Source: Dictyostelium discoideum
Lineage: Eukaryota
DNA: 64,000 nucleotides
NCBI GenBank assembly: GCA_000004695.1
Contig: CM000152.2
Coordinates: 1,248,001-1,312,000 of the forward strand
Direction: 5' to 3'
The notes under the pieces are model-generated. The model was not told the DNA's origin and searched no databases. It saw nothing but the letters and a program-made list of their open reading frames with translations. Within the stretch, counting starts at the first letter, position 1. Every line of letters begins with the position of its first letter. Shown here piece by piece: positions 1 to 14,975 of this stretch. Position numbers and translations under genes: made by a program.

Positions 1-50
1 TTTTTTTTCCAATTAATTTATACATCATTTTTAATAGTAAAATTTAAAAA

Positions 51-314
51 ATGGCAACTCCATCAAAATCTACAAAAATTTTAAAAAACAAAGAAATTAA
101 GATCATTGAAGAGAGAAGTAAAGAAAATGTAATCACTGATAAAGAGAATATGAGTTCAATGACACCTGGTTCAAAGAAAAATTGTATGAAAGAATATTTA
201 AAATCATCTTTATTAAATGATAATAAAAATAATCCACTAAAAGAAAATAATAATTTATTAAATCAATTAAATAATGCCACTAATAATAATAATAATAATG
301 AAATTAAAAAACAA

Positions 315-347
<33 letters not shown>

Positions 348-2768
348 AAACAACAAAAACAAAATTTACAAACAAACTCACAAAGACAAGAACAACCAAA
401 ATTTAAATCATTATTAGATAATGATGGTATATTTTTTGAACAATCAACATTAACTGAAAAAATATTAGCCAAAATGGTTAAAAGAAGAGGTTCAGTTTTA
501 ATCGATGATCCAGCCAAAATGAAAAGGGAGATGATTATCGAATCATCTACAATTATTCTTCAATCATTCTTTAGAATGATCCATCAAAGAAAAATATATC
601 AAAGAACAATTAAAGAAAACAAAGAGAGATTGGAAGCTGAACGCCTCGAAAAAGAGAGATTAGAAGCTGAACGCCTCGAAAAAGAGAAATTAGAAGCTGA
701 ACGTTTGGAAAAAGAGAAATTGGAAGCTGAACGTTTAGAAAAGGAGAGGTTAGAAGCTGAACGTTTTGAAAAAGAGAGATTAGAATCTGAACGTCTCGAA
801 AAAGAGAGATTAGAAGCTGAACGTCTCGAAAAAGAAAAATTAGAGGCTGAACGTTTGGAAAAAGAGAAATTAGAAGCTGAACGTCTCGAAAAAGAGAGAT
901 TGGAAGCTGAACGTCTCGAAAAAGAGAGATTAGAAGCTGAACGTCTCGAAAAAGAAAAATTAGAAGCTGAACGTTTAGAAAAAGAGAAATTAGAAGCTGA
1001 ACGTTTGGAAAAAGAGAAATTAGAAGCTGAACGTCTCGAAAAAGAGAGATTAGAGGCTGAACGTTTGGAAAAAGAGAAATTAGAAGCTGAACGTTTAGAA
1101 AAAGAGAGATTAGAAGCTGAACGTCTCGAAAAAGAAAAATTAGAAGCTGAACGTTTGGAAAAAGAAAGAATTGAAAATGAAATATTGGAAGCTGAACGTT
1201 TGGAAAGATTGGAAATGGAAAAAATTGAAATTGAAAGATTGGAAAAACAACGTTTACAAGAGGAACAAATCAAAGAAAAAGAAATGAAAAGATTAGAGAA
1301 AGAAAAAAGATTAGAGCACCAAAAGGAATTGGAAAGACTCGATAGAGAAAGAATAAGAGCCGAACGTTTGGAAAAAGAAAGATTGGAGGCTGAGCGCCTA
1401 GAAAAAGAGAGACTTGTAATAAAGAAATTAAAAAAAGAAAAAGAGATTCAATTAGAAAATGAAAGATTACAATCACTTAAACAAAAACAAAAACAAGAAG
1501 AAGAAGAAGAGGAAGAAGAAGAAGAAGAGGAAGAAGGAGAAGAAGAAGATGATGATGATGAAATTGAAGAAGAAGAAGAGGAAGAACAAAAATCAAATGT
1601 AGAAGAGGGAGAAGAAGAAGAAGAAGAAGAGGAAGAAGAAGATGATGATGAGATTAAACAAGAAGAAGAAGAAGAGGAAGAGGAAGAGGAAGATTCAATA
1701 ATAACTCCAAAAAATTCATCAATAATTAAAGAGGAGGTTACATCAGATATTGAAGAATTAGAAACTGATACATCATTTCAATATTCATCAGCCAACTCTT
1801 CAATGATGACTGCTGATCAAGATGAGGAAGAAGAGGATAAGGATGATAAAAAGAAGAATGAGTCATCAAAAGGTGTAACAAAAACTCATAAAGTTGATGA
1901 TCCAAAAGTATTATCAACAAAATCTTCAACTTTGGCAGCTACTTCCACAAGTAGACAATCTACATTACCAAAAACAACTATTACATCACCAATCAATTCA
2001 TCCTTTTCAAAGAAATCGCCAACTTTATCCACAACTGAAATTGATAGTAAATGGAAAGCAAAAATTGAGTCAATAAAATCAAAAACAACCACTGCATCAC
2101 CAACAACAACATCAACAAAAACTTCACCAACAACAACAACAAAAACAAAAACATCTCCAACAACAAATACATCACCAGTTTTAAAAAGTTCAACTGGTTT
2201 AATTTCAACCCCTCGTGTGATAATGACAAGATCAAAAACAGTTGCTCCACTTCCAGATAAGATTGGTTCTTCAGTTCTTTCAACAAAGAAAAGACCACTT
2301 CAATCTCCTGATACCCAATTGGAAGATCCAAATAAAGTCCAAAGGACCTCAACCAATTTGGCAGCATCAACTAACTTGGCAACAGCATCAATTGAAGAGA
2401 AAAGAAAAAAATTGATCGATTTACAAAATTTAAAGAAAAAAATTACAGAGAAAAGTGTAAATCCTACCACTACCACTACCACCACCAATACTACTCCCAC
2501 TAATAATACGACTACAAAGACAGTTTCTCCAATTCCATCACCAACTTTAACTTCATCAGTTGGCACCAAATCAAAATCTATTCCACCAATTAGTATCACA
2601 TCTAATGCTACAACAACTTCAAATAGATCAACTGCCAGCACACTTTCAACTGTAAAAAGACCAATTGTCAGAAAAACAGCAACAAATCCAAGCTTGGTTT
2701 CTTCAAAAGGTTCTCTCAAAGAACCAATTCCAAAGACTTCATCAACTTCAAAGAAATCAACAAAATAA
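51..2768 (+). CDS. Hypothetical IQ-motif / coiled-coil protein (905 aa): IQ-like motif [16 protein letters not shown], about 18 tandem decapeptide-pair repeats ([16 protein letters not shown]), poly-Glu/Asp acidic block, Ser/Thr/Pro-rich C-terminal half
   Basis: Single uninterrupted ORF from the ATG at 51 to the stop at 2766-2768. The repeat structure is visible in both DNA and protein. An A-rich leader precedes the ATG. No homolog recognised from memory. Confidence 0.55.
633..1172 (+). repeat. About 18 copies of a 30-bp tandem repeat (gagagattagaagctgaacgtctcgaaaaa and variants) encoding the [10 protein letters not shown] coiled-coil heptad array
   Basis: Direct reading: period 30 nt, with synonymous and K/R-switching variants (gagaga/gagaaa, ctcgaa/ttggaa). 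The reading frame is preserved throughout. Confidence 0.9.
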
Positions 2769-3131
2769 TTTTTTTAAAAAAAAAAAACAAAAAAAAAAAC
2801 AAAAAAAAAAAAAAAAAAAAAAAACATTGTTGCTTAAAATCTATATCTAATCTCAATTTTCTTATACCTATTCTTTTTTTATATAAACATAGTTAAAATT
2901 TGGCTTTTTCAACTAAAATTTAAATAAAATCATTATTTTTTAAAAATATCTTTTCATTTTAGATTTATTGGTTTTTTTTTTGTTATTTTATTTTTAAAGT
3001 GTTTTTTTTTTTTTTTTTTTCATTATTTTTCACTTTTTTTTCATTTTTTTTTTCATTAAATTAAAAAAATAAAAAAATCAATAATATATATATTACACAC
3101 CTTCGTTTCTTTTTTTTTTTTTATTTTATTT

Positions 3132-3172
<41 letters not shown>

Positions 3173-3220
3173 TTCTCAACTATAGGAATATAGGAATATA
3201 TATATATATATAAACAGAAA

Positions 3221-4764
<1,544 letters not shown>

Positions 4765-4778
4765 ATTGTTTTAATAAA

Positions 4779-4809
<31 letters not shown>

Positions 4810-4982
4810 AATAGTAAAATAGTAAATATACCCTATTTTATTTTATCTTTAAAAATATCTATGTTTTTATTATGTATCTATTTTATTGGTTTGTTTTAAA
4901 TTACATATATATATTTTAGAGAATGGTTTTTATTTTTTTATTATTTATTATTTATTATTTATTATTTATTTATTATTTTATT

Positions 4983-7900
4983 TTAATGATCAAAATTATC
5001 ACTGAATTTTTGGATATAACGTTTTGCAACACCAGAGAAAGCTAAACTAATTGGACTATCTGGATTACGTCTGGTTAAAGCAGTTGCAATAACTTTTAAT
5101 ATTAAAGAGAATTCTTTTAAAAGAGTCCAAAGATCACTTTCTTTAATTTTGTTATCTTCAATTAATGGTTTCTTTTGTGAGTGTTTATAAAAATCCAAAA
5201 GGTATGAATTAACTGGAGAACCATCGACATTACAATAAGGTAAGATACGAGTTGAGAAATAAGTATTCGAACCAAGGATATTTTTCAATTTCTTTAAATT
5301 TGAAACCTTGAAAATACCAGAAAGTAAATCACCAGTATTGAAATTTTCAGTGGATGGTTTTAACTTTTCAAAGTTTTCATTCCATTTGTTTGTAATTGTT
5401 GATGTTGTCGCTGTTGTTGTTGTTGTTGTTGTTTTTTGAGAGTCTTTTAAATCATTTGATGAAAATGGTAAGAAATCATTGGTAGACTTTAAATATTTCT
5501 TATAAACGTAAAGGTAGGTTGAAAATGTTTTTAATAATCTATCATTATGATTTTTTATAATTTTGTGGACAGTTGGTGGTAATGGAGGAAGTATTAAAAT
5601 TGAAGGTGATCTAACATAAATTGATGGAATATTTTGAACACAAAATAAGTATGAAAGGATATGAATAATGAAGTAATCACAATCCTTTTGATTGGTTGGT
5701 AAATTATCAAATACACCACCCTTTAACAATGAAACAAAAGTAAAGTTAAATGGTTCTAAATAACTGAGATGGGTGACAATACCACTAAAGTTATCCATTG
5801 GAACACAGTCTTTAGATAAATAAGTTTCTCTATACAAATAATCAATTGAAAAAAGGAATTGGAATTGAACTTGAAGTGGATTACCTAAAAAGAATGAATT
5901 ATTTAAAAGTGATTTTGTTGATTTCTTTAAAATTTGAACATCTAATATATCTTCAGAACTTAATTTTTTTAAGCTTGTAGTTGTAGGTGTTTTTGTGGTT
6001 GTTGTAGTTGCTGGTGTATTTTCAGTTGTTGTAGTTGTAGGTGTAGTTGCAGGTGTTGTTTTGGTTGATTCCGCTGTTTCTTCTTCGTCATCATCCCAAT
6101 TATCAGCAACAGTAATTTCTTTTTTATCATCATCATCATCCCAATTATCAGCAATAGTTTCTTTCTCTTTCTCTTTTTCTTTTTCTTTTTCTTTTTCTTT
6201 TTCTCTTTCTTTTTCATTTTCTTTAACTTGAACTTTATTTTCTTCATTTGATTTATTAGCTGAGCCATTGGTAGAATAATCATATCTACTAACTAAAGAT
6301 AAACATAATGATGGAGAGACAACTGAATTACCAATGATATTTGATAATCTTGAATTAAGTAATCTGTTTATTTTTTGTTTTGGTAAGCCTACGAAAATTA
6401 CATTACCATAGTTATCAAAACCACGTCTACCAGCTCTACCAGCACATTGTTTTGAGGTTAAAACATTTAGATAAGGGCTATCACCTAAAAATACAGAGGA
6501 TTTAGCGGGAGCGTTAACACCAACGGCAAGTGTTGAAGTTGCAAATACCACTTGAATCTTTTTACTTCTAAATAGATATTCAACATTTCTAAGATAGTTT
6601 TTATCACAACCACCATGATGTGCGGCAATACCTTGTGTTAAAGCAGGTGCAAGTGGATCTTTCTTTACCTTTTCATCTATATCTGATGATAATAAATTAC
6701 CAAATTGAGGTTTTAAATAATCTAAAGAGGCTCTTTTTGCTTTTAATCTCTCCAATTCCATCTTTTCTGGATCATTTGGTTCTAAATCAGCCAAAGCACG
6801 ACCTAATGATTTTTGGAATCTTTCAATGACTAGATCCAATTGTTTCTTCTCTTCAATGATATTTGGATTTGTATTTCTATGAGTGATATCATTATATACT
6901 CTTTGAGCCAATCTAGAACATAAACTACGATTGAATGAAAAGAAAAGAGCTGGTAAAAGATCTTGCTTTTGAAGTTCCAATACAATATTTGTAATTTCAG
7001 AGGCCCAATCAAATTTCAATGAATCATTATATTTTGGACTAGTTAAAGCTTTGACAACCAATTGTTTCTCTGTCATAGATGGTAAGTTTGTGTAGAATTG
7101 TTTCAATTCTGCCTGATAGATTTCTATGTGTTGTTTCTCTAAATTGAATTGTTTATTTGGAATATTTGCAAAGAATTTAACAGGATCCAAATGGTTTACT
7201 TTTTCATAACCAAGCTTTTCTTTCAAAACCTGATACATTTGAATTGCTTCACCAGCTATTAATTTCAAATCTGGTGATATATCAGAGAGACCAGTTTTCT
7301 TTTGATCTAAAGTTGCCATTGGATGTAATGGTTCAATGGTATAGGTTGGAAAGCTCTTATTATCTTTTGCAGGAGTTTGACAAAGGAAAAAGTTTTTCAA
7401 ATCATTGAAACGACTTTGATAATGAATCAATGATACTTTTCTATTTGGATCAATCTTTTTCAAAAAGTTATGAAAATCTGTTAAATTACCCAATGTGGCT
7501 GATAATGCTAAAAATGGAGCAGGATTGAAAACTAACAATCTCTCCCAAATGGCACCATCGACAGAGGAAGCAATTTGATGAACTTCATCAAAGATTATAT
7601 ATCTACAACGTTGAATAAAGTGAGTGTTCATAATGGAGAGGAATAAAATCTCTAAACATTGTGGAACTGTAATTAAGATTTGACAAGTTTCAATGTTTAA
7701 TCTAAAATCTCTTGTGAAAACACCTACCATTTTATGATTTGATGGTCTATGATTTATAGCTTGATAGTTCTTATCATATCTACCCAATACTTCTGCATAC
7801 ATTTGGTTGACCAATGCTTTTGTTGGACAAACGAAAACAACGATACCATCATTACTTTCTTTTAAAATTTGTTCAAAACAATAGAAAGAAATAAAAGTTT

Positions 7901-9357
7901 TACCACTTGATGTACTTGCACAAATTAAAGCTGATTCTCTTTTATCAACAATATCCAACAACTCTACTTGCCAAGCATCAGGTTTAAAATGTCTAACTCT
8001 TGAATCTTCAACTGAACCTGTATTTCTAATTAAAGTATCTGGAGAATGTTTCAATTGAAACTCGATTGAATTCTTTAATTGTTGATTACCAACATCAGAT
8101 TCATCCAATTTTGGTAGTTTCAATTTCCAATGATCATTGATAAAATTTGATAAATCTGATAAACCTATCAATGATTTTGAAATTGTATAAAAACGATTTG
8201 CAAAATCAATTTGTAATTTTGTTGATAAAATTTTAGATTTTTCAGTGATGAAAGATCTTAAATACTTTTGAATCATTTGATAAAATTGTGATTTTTCTTT
8301 AATACCCAATTCGAGTGAAGTTTCAATTTCTTTTTCTTCATACTCTGATAATTCAATATGTGTCTTAGTTTTCGATTGTTGTTTACGTTCTAATAGAATT
8401 GTTCTTTTCTTTTCTTCAATTAAATCTTCTTTTTGTTTCACCAAGAAATTAATTAAATGATCAAAATATTGTAAATACAATTCTGGTAATGAAGTTAATA
8501 AATCTAAATTATTTAAAAACTTTAAAAATGATTTTATTGATTTACAATCATCCAATTCTGATTCATATCTTTTTTTATCTTGATTTAATCTACTCTCCAA
8601 TAGTTTACCTATTTCACTCTTTGGTTTAATAGTTGATGAAGTTGTTGTTGAAGTTGTTGTTGTTGATGATGACGATGATGATGATGATTGTTTTTTATAA
8701 GATTTTTTTGAATCTTCTTTTTCTTTTTTAATTCTTTCTTTTTCCAACTCTTCTTTTGTTGGATTTAATTTATTGATAATTAAAATATTTCTTGGATCAT
8801 TTAAAGAGTCTGCATACTTTTTAAATGAGCCAACTGATTTATCCTCTGCACGTTGTTTATGTTTTTTAGTCTTAAAAGTGGTCTCTTTTAATTTGATACT
8901 GAATGCATCTGGTTCAATTGTACGTGTTGAATGAAAATGATAATTATCAATGAATCTTGTATTGATTGTTGATTCAGCATCTGGATAATTTTCACTTTGG
9001 AATGGTTTTAAATATTCATAAGCCTGTGGTGCAACTGATCTAATGAAATCATTCTCTACTAAATAGATACTATTATCAATTGAATTAATCTCTTTTGTTC
9101 TTCTTTCCATTTCTTGAATAATATCATTTAAATTATTATTTCTATCTTGAAAATTTGAAAATAATTCAAAATTATCAAATTCACCAATATCATAACCAAA
9201 ATCTTTTTTTACATTATTCCAAATTAATTTTGATTTAATTATAATTTCTTCACCAAATATATTATTTAATTCATTTAAATCTTTTGGTAATTTAATTTGA
9301 ATTTGAATTAAAATTTGATAAAATAATTTAAAATCTAAATAATCTAAATTTATATTT

Positions 9358-9403
<46 letters not shown>

Positions 9404-10539
9404 TACTACTACTACTACTATCACTAACTTGTTGTAAATATAATAAATTTTTATATGAAGCATTGTCTAAAAAATTTAAAACATTTTCATCAATTTTATA
9501 ACATGTTGGTAATATAAAACCTCTATCTCTAATTGATAATGATTCTAATAAAACTAAATAAATACAATAGATTCTATTTAAATTATTTGATATATCATTA
9601 TTGAACATTGTTGAAATAAGTAAATTAATTTCATTATCTCTATTTTCACTTTGTTGTTGATTAAATAAAATTTGATTTTGATCTTTAAAACTTAATTTAT
9701 CAGAATTAAAATTTTCAAATTCATTATTATAAAATGAATCAATTTGTTTGAAAAATTCTTTATTACAAAAGTATGGATAACCTCTTTGAAACATTGTTCC
9801 TTTTCCATAAATTATAGTTTCAATACATGAACCTTCAAATGAGATTGAATTAAATTCTACAACATAATCTAAAAATTTCATTGTTTTTAAAATAAATACC
9901 TCTTGAATATCAACTCGATAATATTTTTCAAATGATTCTTGTGCTGGAAATAAAACCAACATAAATGAAAACATATTCTCTAAAAGATATGATTCAATAC
10001 TACTAAAATCTTCCCACCATTTTGATTTAATTAATGTAAATTGAACATTTGAATTATTTAAAACATTTTTTTTATCATTATTAATATAATAATCAATACA
10101 AATTTTTCTAATTAATTTCTTTTTTAATTTTTAAAAAAAAAAATAAAAAAATTAAAAGTATTAATATTAGTAAAAAGTTTGAAAAAAAATTATAATTTCT
10201 AATTACTAATTATTAATTACTTACTAATGTATTATTTTTATAAAAATATTGATTTTCATCAATAAAAAATATTTGAAATTTTGTTTTTCTATTTAAAACA
10301 TTTGCAATAAAAGATTCGAAATAATGAAAGAATAAAATTGATTGACATTTATCTGTTGATAATAATTGTTTATCTTTTATTTTATGTGATGAAATATTAA
10401 ATGTTGAAAATAGATATAAAATTAAAGAATCACCATCAATAAGAAATGGTTCATCTGCTCCAAAATCTGATAAAACATTAAATGTTTTTGTTGGAAATAA
10501 TAAATCACCTAACATTAATTTTTTTTCAATATTTTCCAT
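4983..10539 (-). CDS. DDX60-like / Ski2-family superfamily-2 DExH helicase, about 1816 aa; complement(join(4983..10118,10225..10539))
   Basis: Helicase motif I ALICASTSSGKTF, motif II IIFDEVHQI, motif III LSATLGN, C-terminal domain motifs GIAAHHGG and FATSTLAVGVNAPAKSSVF, and motif VI QCAGRAGRRGFD. The helicase core sits in the middle of a very large protein, as in DDX60. The frame upstream of the annotated Met at 9974 is open to 10118 with an AG acceptor at 10119-10120. The ORF 10213-10539 starts at an ATG and ends on a perfect GTAAGT donor at 10219-10224, in phase 0, giving a 106-nt intron. A KEKE repeat and a poly-Asn stretch are present. Confidence 0.75.
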
Positions 10540-10615
10540 TGTAAAAATTATTTGTATATTATTATTATTATTATTTTTAAAAAAAAAAAAAAAAAACTTA
10601 TTTTTTACAGTGAAA

Positions 10616-10647
<32 letters not shown>

Positions 10648-10941
10648 TTGTGTATAATATTTTGAAAAATAAAAAATAAAAAAAAAATAAAAAAAAAAAT
10701 TTTATTTAATAGGTTTAGGGAATCTGTATTTTTACAAATTTGGTTTTTTCCAATAATTGAACAAAACATTTTAATTTTAAAAAATCCAAATTTGGTTACC
10801 TATGTTTAATTTAAAAAATTTAAACATAATTTAACGAATAAAAATAAAAATTAAATTTTAAAAAAAAAAAAACATCGATTTAATTTTTTTAAATCTAAAA
10901 TATATATTTTTATTTTTATTTATTTATTTATTTATTTATTT

Positions 10942-11964
10942 TTAATTAGTTGTTGTTGATTTTAAATTTGATTTTAAAATCATTTCATTTAATTGAATTG
11001 ATTTTAAATGATTATTACCATATACTAAAACTGAATGATTATAAGAATTTGTATAACATTGATTAATAAATTTTAATAAATTTTTAATATCAGAATTTAA
11101 TTTATCAATATCAAGATCTTGTTTATTTTGATTTTGTAATTTTAATTGATTGAATTGATTTCTTTGTTTAATTAATGATAATAGATATTTCTCATTAATT
11201 CTACCTAAATGGTAATAACAATCAACCAATTCACCAGATGTTGAAGATTTGAAAATCGATTCAACATGTCTGGTTAACTCTTTATAATGTTGAATTGATT
11301 GAACCAAGTAATCGAAATTATTGTAAACCAAAGACAACTTTTCAAAAGTTTTCGATAACTTTATATGATAAATTAACCAACATTGATGATTCAAATTCAA
11401 TCTTGACAATACATCTCTTTCAAATTTTAATAATCTTTTTAAAATATTCTCAATTATTGGCATCTCCTGATCAGCAGTTGACAAATTAACATCATTGAAT
11501 AACAATTGCTCACTATTGATAAACTCTTTAAATTCATTGATTCCTGCTAAAATCAATACCAATTCTGGATCCTTATTTCTCTTATTTTGTTTCTTTTTAT
11601 TGAATTCACAAGTGTTACTTGTATTTGAACATTTCCAATTCTCTTGTAATTTCTTTGTATCTTTATTAAAATAAATTTCTGGTGAAATAAATTCAACACC
11701 ATCATTACAATGGAAACAATAAATTGATGATAAATATCTTTCATCCTCTGTTGAATCACTACATCTTGAACATTTACATAAAAAGTTTTTACTATTATAT
11801 AATATTTTTTGTCTTTCAATTGTTGGTAATAATAAATCAACATATGAATCAACAATTTCTTCATCTTTTTCAATTTTTTTACATGCTCTCATTTCTAAAT
11901 TTTTATCTATAAAAAAAAAAAAAAAAAAAAAAGGAGAAATTTTTTATAAAAAATTAGTAATAAT

Positions 11965-11998
<34 letters not shown>

Positions 11999-12744
11999 AA
12001 TCCCCTTTGAACTATACCTTTAATTGTAAAAAATATATTTGGTTCACAAGAATGATTTAATAAAGCTGGTTTATAGAAATAACCATTTGAAATTGGTTTA
12101 CGATTAAAGTCATTTGAAAGACCAGAGAATGAATTAATATAGATTGAAGAAATTATTTGTAAAAACTCATCTTTATTAAAGATTGCTAATAATGATGGAT
12201 CAGAATTCTCTTGTTGTAATTGATTGATAAATTGTTGGAAATTAATATCATACTTTTCAATGAATGATTTATTAATTTCAATGAATTTCTCTAATTGATT
12301 TGAAAGTTTACCAACTGTTTCTTGATATTTATCACTTTCAATCTTATTTCTAATCATTATTCTCAATGCCAATAAACATGTTGATACATCACATTCATTC
12401 TTTATTGATGATTCAATCAATTTATTAATGAATGAACATTCCAATTGATGTGTCATATCATTTGAACAAATTTCTGAACAAAACCACATATTACATCCAA
12501 ATTTACATTGAATTGATTTATTATTTGTTTGTTGTGGTTGTTGGGATGGTTGTTGTACTTGTTCAACTTCCGATTGTTTACAACATAAGAAACAGTAATC
12601 TTTGTTCATATGAAATTCTAATGGAATTGATGCAAATGATTCTTCTGGGAATAATAATTCTCCAACTTTAATTTCATTTGTAGCTACAACAAAATTTCCT
12701 CTTTCATCATTATTATTTACTAATTTACATTTATCTGTAATCAT
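10942..12744 (-). CDS. SMYD-family SET + MYND zinc-finger lysine methyltransferase, about 563 aa; complement(join(10942..11906,12018..12744))
   Basis: SET N-region GNFVVATNEIKVGELL. MYND finger CFLCC...CKFGCNMWFCSEICSNDMTHQLEC. NHSCEPN motif followed by a GTATAG donor in phase 1. An aatatAG acceptor is followed by the SET-C region EEIVDSYVDLLLPTIERQKIL and post-SET cysteines FLCKCSRC. The intron is 111 nt. Confidence 0.72.
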
Positions 12745-13225
12745 TTTTTTGATTATTGTTGGAAATTAGAAAAAAAAAAAATAAAAAAAAATAAAAAAAA
12801 AAAAATTTTCGTTCGTTTTTTTTTTTTTTTATTTTTTTTTTTATTTTTACCTTTCCTTTTTTTTTTTTTTTTTTTTACCACACACACGTCATTATTTATT
12901 TTTATTTTTTATTTTTTATTTTTTGTTTTTATTTTTTTTATTTTTTTTTTTTTAAGTAAATTACAGGGTGTTACTATTTTTATTTTTACTATAAATTTGG
13001 TTTTTTTTTTGTTTTGTTTTTATTTTATTTTTTACTATTTTTTTTTTTTTTTTTTGTGAATTTTCAAATTAAAAAAAGATTTTTATTTTTAATTTTTTTT
13101 TTTTTTATTTTTAATTTTTTTTTTTTTTTAATTTTTTAAAAATTTTTTTTTTTTTTTTTTCCTTTTTTTTTTTTTATTCAAAATTTTATAGGTTTATAAA
13201 TATATATATAAAGAAAATAAAAAAA

Positions 13226-13756
13226 ATGAACGGTCAAGGAAAGTATGTAGGATTTGGAAATGAAAAATCATCATCAGATTCACCATTTCCAGAATTACGT
13301 TCCAATTGGAGGGAACTCATTTATTTAAGATCTTGGCAAGCATCAGGTTTTGTTACAGTTTTATATTATTTCAGCTTTTTAGTTGGATTAATGTATTTCA
13401 TTCAAAACATTGTATTATTCACTAGAGACCTTGGTGCAGGTGGTTTCTTCCTTGGTTTACTCTATGGTACTTTGTATTTCATTAGTTTTATTTTAGCCGC
13501 TCGTATCGTTTCAGAAATCGTTTTATCAATTTTCGATATTAGAGATAACATTTACAGAATTTCAGCAAGCTCTGGTCCATCCATTGTTTCAAGTGGTCCA
13601 TCAACTTCATCATATCAAGGTTCATACCAACAACCAACTTATCAACCACCACAACCATCCCAACAACAACAACAACCATCCCAACAACAATCTTACCAAC
13701 AATCATCTTCAACTGAATTCCCAAAATACCAAGAACCATATCAAGGTAACCTTTAA
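13226..13756 (+). CDS. Hypothetical small membrane protein (176 aa): two predicted TM helices followed by a Q/P/Y/S-rich low-complexity tail
   Basis: ATG at 13226 with an A-rich leader. Hydrophobic segments FVTVLYYFSFLVGLMYFIQNIVLF and GGFFLGLLYGTLYFISFILAARIVSEIVLSIF. The tail reads SYQGSYQQPTYQPPQPSQQQQQPSQQQSYQQ. No family recognised. Confidence 0.5.
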   Translation: MNGQGKYVGFGNEKSSSDSPFPELRSNWRELIYLRSWQASGFVTVLYYFSFLVGLMYFIQNIVLFTRDLGAGGFFLGLLYGTLYFISFILAARIVSEIVLSIFDIRDNIYRISASSGPSIVSSGPSTSSYQGSYQQPTYQPPQPSQQQQQPSQQQSYQQSSSTEFPKYQEPYQGNL

Positions 13757-13827
13757 ATAATTTTTTATTTATTTAAAAATCAAGACCAAATGAAAATAAA
13801 AAAAAAAATAAAAAAAAATTAAAACAA

Positions 13828-13860
<33 letters not shown>

Positions 13861-14148
13861 AATTGTTTTGTAAGACTTAATTTTTTATTATTATTTTATT
13901 TTATTTTATTTTATTTTTTTCTTTTCTTGGTGTGAAAATTATTTAAAAATAATAATAATAATAATATTGATAATAATAATAATTATGTGATCAAATTTGA
14001 TGGATTTTATTTTAAGATATTTTTTTTTTTTTTTTTTTTTTTTCTTTGGTTGCAAATCTATGGAGAGAAAGCTGGTTTGTTAAGAATATTTATTAAAAAA
14101 TGGTATAAAATAAATTAGTATTATTTTATTTTATTATTTTATTTTTTT

Positions 14149-14283
14149 TTAAAAAAAAAAAAAATTACAATTTGGTTTTTTTTTTGGTTGCGTAACCAAG
14201 GGTGCGGGGGGAGCAACTGCTGGCTTTGGAATTGTAGCCCTCATATTGTTAGAATTTGTTACACCATTTCCTGCAAAATTCAT
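14149..14283 (-). CDS. Small ORF copy 1 (44 aa) MNFAGNGVTNSNNMRATIPKPAVAPPAPLVTQPKKKPNCNFFFF. Member of a 3-copy local paralogue family. Coding status unproven.
   Basis: ATG..TAA ORF lying in a moderately GC-enriched island within an AT desert. Shares the GNG and P(K)P-A-A-P motifs and DNA similarity with the copies at 14788-14895 and 15361-15495. Confidence 0.25.
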   Translation of the reverse strand: MNFAGNGVTNSNNMRATIPKPAVAPPAPLVTQPKKKPNCNFFFF

Positions 14284-14618
14284 TTTTTTTTTTTATTTCT
14301 ATTGTTTGTTGTTTTTATTAAAAAAATTATAATTAAATTAGAAAAATAAAAAAAATTTTTCACTCAAAATAATAAAAATATTGACCAAAAAAAAAAAATA
14401 AAAAAAAAAAAAGAAAAAAAATATCTAAAAAAAAAAAAAATCTAAAATATCTTTTTGTTGTGATCCTTACAGGATATTGGAAAAAAAAATATTCATACGA
14501 AATTTTTTTTTTTATTTTTTTATTTTTTTATTTTTTTATATTTTTATTTTTTTATATTTTTTGTTTTTAATTTTTTTTTTTTTCTTTAAACTTTGTCAAC
14601 ATTTATTTGACCAAATAT

Positions 14619-14649
<31 letters not shown>

Positions 14650-14787
14650 TGAATTAATAAATATATTTTTTTGAATTTGTAATTTCTTATAAGGCAAATT
14701 TTTTTGGATCTTTTGAAATTGATAATTAAATTTTTTAAATTTTAGTGATTGTTAAATAATTATTTTTTAGAATTTGTTTTTTTATTA

Positions 14788-14895
14788 TCAATTATAAAAC
14801 TTACCAATTGTAATTACACCATTTGGAGGTGAAATTTTTTTATTGCCACCATTTCCTTGGTGATGAAGATTTGGGGAAATTTTTATTTTTAACAT
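14788..14895 (-). CDS. Small ORF copy 2 (35 aa) MLKIKISPNLHHQGNGGNKKISPPNGVITIGKFYN. Contains a GGTAAGT donor-like site near its 3' end.
   Basis: ATG..TGA ORF. The DNA segment ggaaatggtggcaataaaaaaatttcacctcc resembles the copy-3 segment ggaggaaatagtaataaaaatcaaatc, and aaatggtgtaa is shared with copy 1. Confidence 0.2.
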   Translation of the reverse strand: MLKIKISPNLHHQGNGGNKKISPPNGVITIGKFYN

Positions 14896-14939
14896 TTTAT
14901 TTTAATTGATTATGGAAGTATATTTTTGTGTTTCAAGAA

Positions 14940-14975
<36 letters not shown>

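Noticed and set aside
263-1476. Antisense ORFs (84, 224 and 68 aa) overlapping the first gene
   Set aside because: They are translations of the reverse strand of the 30-bp coding tandem repeat and the poly-CAA tract. They are low-complexity (FSxRSASN repeats) with no independent start-codon context.
14186-14280. GC-rich island ggttgcgtaaccaagggtgcggggggagcaactgctggc, examined as a possible tRNA or other structured RNA
   Set aside because: It has no D-loop, T-loop (GTTCRANYC) or acceptor-stem complementarity. It is better explained as a copy of the small-ORF/repeat family.
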